Below, one piece after another: positions 59,601 through 64,000 of a stretch of DNA of 64,000 nucleotides. Below the pieces are notes generated by a model. That model was not told the origin of the DNA. It made no database searches and was given only the letters and a program-made list of their open reading frames with translations. The position numbers and the translations under genes were made by a program. The DNA comes from Ruditapes philippinarum (Eukaryota). How positions within the stretch are numbered: the first letter of the stretch is position 1; each line of letters begins with the position of its first letter. The stretch lies in the NCBI RefSeq assembly GCF_026571515.1, contig NW_026856887.1, forward strand, positions 124,001-188,000. Reading direction: 5' to 3'.

Positions 59601-62300
59601 TAAAAATAAGACATAATATAGAATTTCATGATAATTAGGCCACTCAATAATAAAAAATGATGATGCATCAATTATATTCTCTTAATAGATAGTCGTATGG
59701 CATAAAGTTCCGCAAAACTGGAAATTTGATGTTATATATTTTCAGCTCTTTCATCTTAACGGCGCTTACAAATAAAATGACATTAAGCTTCATTCTTAAA
59801 GACAGATAAAATGAAAACTAAGTATTATTGTTCTTTTAATACTTGTTAAGCGTTACACTTCATTAACGTCAATACACTTCCACTTAAGTCTGTTTAATGT
59901 ATCATACATTCAAATGTTTCAATATCACTTCTTGGGAATAAACAGTCTATTTCCAATAATGTGTAATATATCGCGAGTAACGACCATATATATATATATA
60001 GCATGAGTATAGCTTTGTTTAATTAGGAAGACTTCATCTCTATCTCCATTTATCTGTGTATCTTTGTATTTGATCACAGCTTCATTATAATGATGCCCTA
60101 AGTGATTTTTTAAGACAATATCGAATTCAATTATGTTTGTTTTCATAAAATGACATTCAGATTAATATTAGTAACTGATTTTTTGCAAAAACAATAAAAT
60201 TGAAGATGATGCCTGTAATTGTTTTAAATAGTTTTGACATTATCGTATTTAGAAGTTGAAGCAAATCACTATAAAATGCATTAATGGCAAACCACAATTG
60301 TTATATAGTGGTCTAATAAATAAATCGAGGTAACAAAACTGTACTCACTAGGACTAAATACAGAATTCATTGATTTTTAATATTTCTACAAGTGTCAAGT
60401 GCATAATATTATCAAATGGATTGCTTTTTATTCATTTCAAACCCTTTATCATTCTTACTCTTAGTTCTTAGAACTATTTAATTGCTGTGTTATTTTAGTA
60501 TCACTTTTAAATTACCAATATTTATTTGATGTAGTAAGTTAAGTACCACAAATAATTAAGAATTGTTAAATGTAAATGAAATTTTGTTTATCCAGATAAA
60601 TCTCCAAGGAAGCAATATATGATATTATTGGTAGCAGCATCTTGTAGGATCTTTATTCGTCTTCCTTCCACACATAATATGCAAAGTTTTAACATGGTCA
60701 TACGACCCATGGCTTGTAAACAGTTTGAAAATTTTAAACACTTAGAAGAATTATATCTGTATATTTCTCAATGTTTAATTTTTTATTTGCATTTATTCAC
60801 CTTACATCTTTAATCTTTTAAGATACATTTACAAAATAACTCGTGTAACTTTTATTTCAACCTAAACATATGTTTCAACATTTATCAATTCTGAGAAGAA
60901 TTTTTGGCATTTTTGCACTTAATCATCAACGTTATTTGTTTTTGGATTTAAACAATGTACTTGATTGAATGACTCGATTAAACCGGTTATTACGCCTAGT
61001 ACAGGTATCTTTGTGAACGCTTCTAGATATGATGAAATACATTGTATTGTCTGGGGCTAGCTACAAATAACTTTTGTTTGATATATTATTTATACAATTG
61101 GCATACTTTATTGCATACTTGTTAGTGTAATAATTGAATTTTCACATTTCCATCATGTATCCGATATTGTATTCATTAACTGTTTAGTGGTCTTGTTTGT
61201 GTTGTCATATAGCTGGAGTACACGCTATATTAACATTTCCAACTATCATGTCTTAAAATGTTAACAACTGTAAGCTGGTAAAAAAATCACCCTTAAAATA
61301 CAGTCAACTTTAACATGCAGGACCTCTTCTCGAGCGTAAGTATATGTTTACTCTTGGTTAGCTGTTTTAATGGACAGATAGTGTCAAAGGAAAAAGGTTA
61401 CAACTTGTGTTGTTTAATAAATAAACTATGTGATATTCAATAAGAACTTGCTAAAAGTTGGTGTAAAATTTGATGAAAAGAATTAATAAGACATTTACAA
61501 AATAATGAAATGTGTTGTTTATGAGTAGCTATATGATAAATGTGAATTGTTAAAATAATAAGTAGAAACTATATGTTTTCGCGCGTAATTGTGTTACTTA
61601 TGTCTCCGGCTATAATAATACATTATCTAATAATGCAGCATTATTTAAATAGTTATTATAAGCATATTTGTGTTTTTATCTGTGAGTGTATTCTTATTGC
61701 TAAAACGGATAAAGAAATAAATGAAAATTCAAAGTGATTTATTGATGACGATCAGGTGTCAACAATTCAAGTTAATATAATTAAAGTCATTTTTAAAATA
61801 GGAAAATATGTTTTTCCTTTTGACAAAGATTAATGTTTCACTGTCTTTCAATTACTACTCGTACAAATTGTTTTCTCTCATGGCTTGTGTTGGAAATATA
61901 ACAAATGAAGATGAATTCAACTAATGAAGACGTTTTCTCATTGCATCAGAGACAGAGAGGGAAAGAGAGAAGACAGAAATTGTGTTAGGGAAATATGGAT
62001 TATTTACAAAGTGGAGTACGAACACTGAAAAGGTAGGCTTGTCATTTTATATTCTAAATTCGGAAATGTAATGATTGAACTTCAAAGTGTTATCTAAAGC
62101 ACGAGGTATTTAGTTTGATAACTCAAATAATGTAGATTTTTAAATGCTTGATTTTCCAGAGAATGGTCTTACAGATTATTCTTATAACGATGGTTTATTT
62201 GCTAAAGAACGGTCTAAAAGATTTTTTTGCATCCGTTATAATGAGACGGACTGATTCACGAAAGAACGGTCTTACAGATCATATTTTTTACATACGTTCT
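56690..62300. repeat. Duplicated non-coding block (about 56.7-57.9 kb vs 60.8-62.3 kb)
   Basis: Shared strings, e.g. GATTAAACCGGTTATTACGC, CATATAGCTGGAGTACACG, TTCTCGAGCGTAAG. Confidence 0.8.
58620..59285 (+). repeat. ~2.4 tandem copies of a 272-284-bp unit
   Basis: ATTCATTATCCCTCATGTACAGAC (one mismatch in the third copy) at 58625, 58897 and 59181. Confidence 0.88.
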
Positions 62301-63343
62301 TATGACTTGGAGTAGATGTTCGTTTTCTTTTTGCAAACTCGAAAGTCTCGAAAACATTGTTAAATACGGTTACTTTTATGAAGCTTTTTGTAAAGATATA
62401 TACGTTACTTTTATTTATAAACTAATTGATTTTAAAAATTGAATTGAAGGCTTAGCTGTTGCAACTGTAACAAGTTTTATTTTAATACTATAAAAGTTAA
62501 ATTTACTACAGAAAAACAAAAACAATTAACTACAGATAACAAAATCATAAAAAAGGGTATCTTTCTATAGGTATCTAAATTATTTATTTTTTATAAACTA
62601 AGTGTACACTTTTCACTTATCAAAGTTGTTTATACTTGATGAAGATTAAGTATTTGACATGAAAGAAGCGCGTTTCTGGATTCAAGATTTTATTTTATTT
62701 TAATAAGTTAAAATAAATACTGATCTTATCAGAAAAGATGTTGTTTAAGATAGCCTTACTATGTACAGAAATTACCAATACATGTCAAATACAAAGAAAA
62801 TAATCTAATGATTATTATAGGTATATATTATGGTATTATGATAATAAAACATTGTGCATAAAATATGTTATGTGTCCCTTGTATAGAAAATACCATAAAA
62901 ATGTTTGATGTTTTGAAATACTAATAGTTCAGAATGGAGGCTTTAAAATATTGATTAGAATATTTTAGACATTACACCATTTGCTGCTATTCATCTGTTT
63001 TCATCAAAGTAAAGTTCCCGCATTTCTATCTGAATCTGAATTACCTTTATCACCAGTCTAAAATCTTAAAATTAACAGTAACAAAACTAGTGTTTGTGTG
63101 AAGCATGAATTATTGTAATACATTCACAACTTGTGTATATGACATAAAATATGTCATAAAATATATTCTGACATTTCCGTTTTGTTTTGCTTGCAGTTAT
63201 ACATGTTGCATAAATATTTATGATTTGTTAACAAATAAATAAAACAATCATTAACATAGATAACATCAATAAATCTATGCACATTTTTAAAAAAATCGAA
63301 ATGTAGCACTTATAATAAAAGAATAAAATATGACTAGAGGAAG

Positions 63344-63533
63344 NNNNNNNNNNNNNNNNNNNNNNNNNNNNNNNNNNNNNNNNNNNNNNNNNNNNNNNNN
63401 NNNNNNNNNNNNNNNNNNNNNNNNNNNNNNNNNNNNNNNNNNNNNNNNNNNNNNNNNNNNNNNNNNNNNNNNNNNNNNNNNNNNNNNNNNNNNNNNNNNN
63501 NNNNNNNNNNNNNNNNNNNNNNNNNNNNNNNNN
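63344..63533. other. Assembly gap
   Basis: Run of 190 N. Confidence 0.99.
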
Positions 63534-64000
63534 TTAACGAGCAAAATATGAAGAAAAAGTCGCAGATTTTATGATGCTGATTAAGCGTGCCTTAAATGCA
63601 TATTCAGAAACGCAATCAATATGCCTTATCTCTAAACCCAAGATTCAAATGGCAAATAAGCAATCCCTATAGTAATACATTTTGGTTTACTTTCCTATAA
63701 GTTTAGCTCTATTAGCGAAGAAGATTTCAGGAGCATTGTTTGAGGCACTAACGGCATCTTAATAAAATTTAACAGTCAAGCTGATCGAATTAATCATCTG
63801 ATGAAACTATTCAGAAAAAAGACATTTAAATTTCCCACCTTAAACACACAGTACCGAGTTCCTTTCACAACATTTGGTTAAATAGAAATTACAATATACA
63901 TGTAGTGATTAAAGCAGTTACAAATTTATTAGGACTGAGTAAAATAAAATAGTCAAAAGCTAAAATTACATATATTTTTGGTAGATAAGACAACGTATTG

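Noticed and set aside
63287-63551. ORFs spanning X residues
   Set aside because: Artefacts of the N gap

Overview
This is AT-rich, intron-rich animal genomic DNA, most likely a bivalve mollusc (inferred from the C1qDC array and the repeat types). (1) 1-20.6 kb, minus strand: the 5' part of a cation-independent mannose-6-phosphate/IGF2 receptor gene (IGF2R-like). I could chain 15 phase-compatible GT-AG exons encoding about 845 aa and about 5.5 MRH domains, and the gene runs off the left edge. Its introns carry MITEs, tRNA-derived repeats and a 5'-truncated Penelope-like retroelement (RT + GIY-YIG) with a 14-bp TSD and a minimal hammerhead ribozyme. (2) 21.7-51.8 kb, minus strand: a tandem array of eight two-exon secreted coiled-coil + globular C1q (C1qDC) genes, built by segmental duplication. 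Four are clearly decayed 'B-type' copies and four are near-intact 'A-type' copies. One B copy is split by a ~5.2 kb tyrosine-recombinase (Ngaro/DIRS-like) retrotransposon with gag, RT/RNaseH, YR and an SGNH-hydrolase ORF. (3) Interspersed tRNA-SINEs, Helentron-like elements holding 160-169 bp satellite arrays, duplicated non-coding blocks, and an N gap near the right end. Several single-base homopolymer frameshifts may be assembly errors. All calls were made by eye; no database searches were run.
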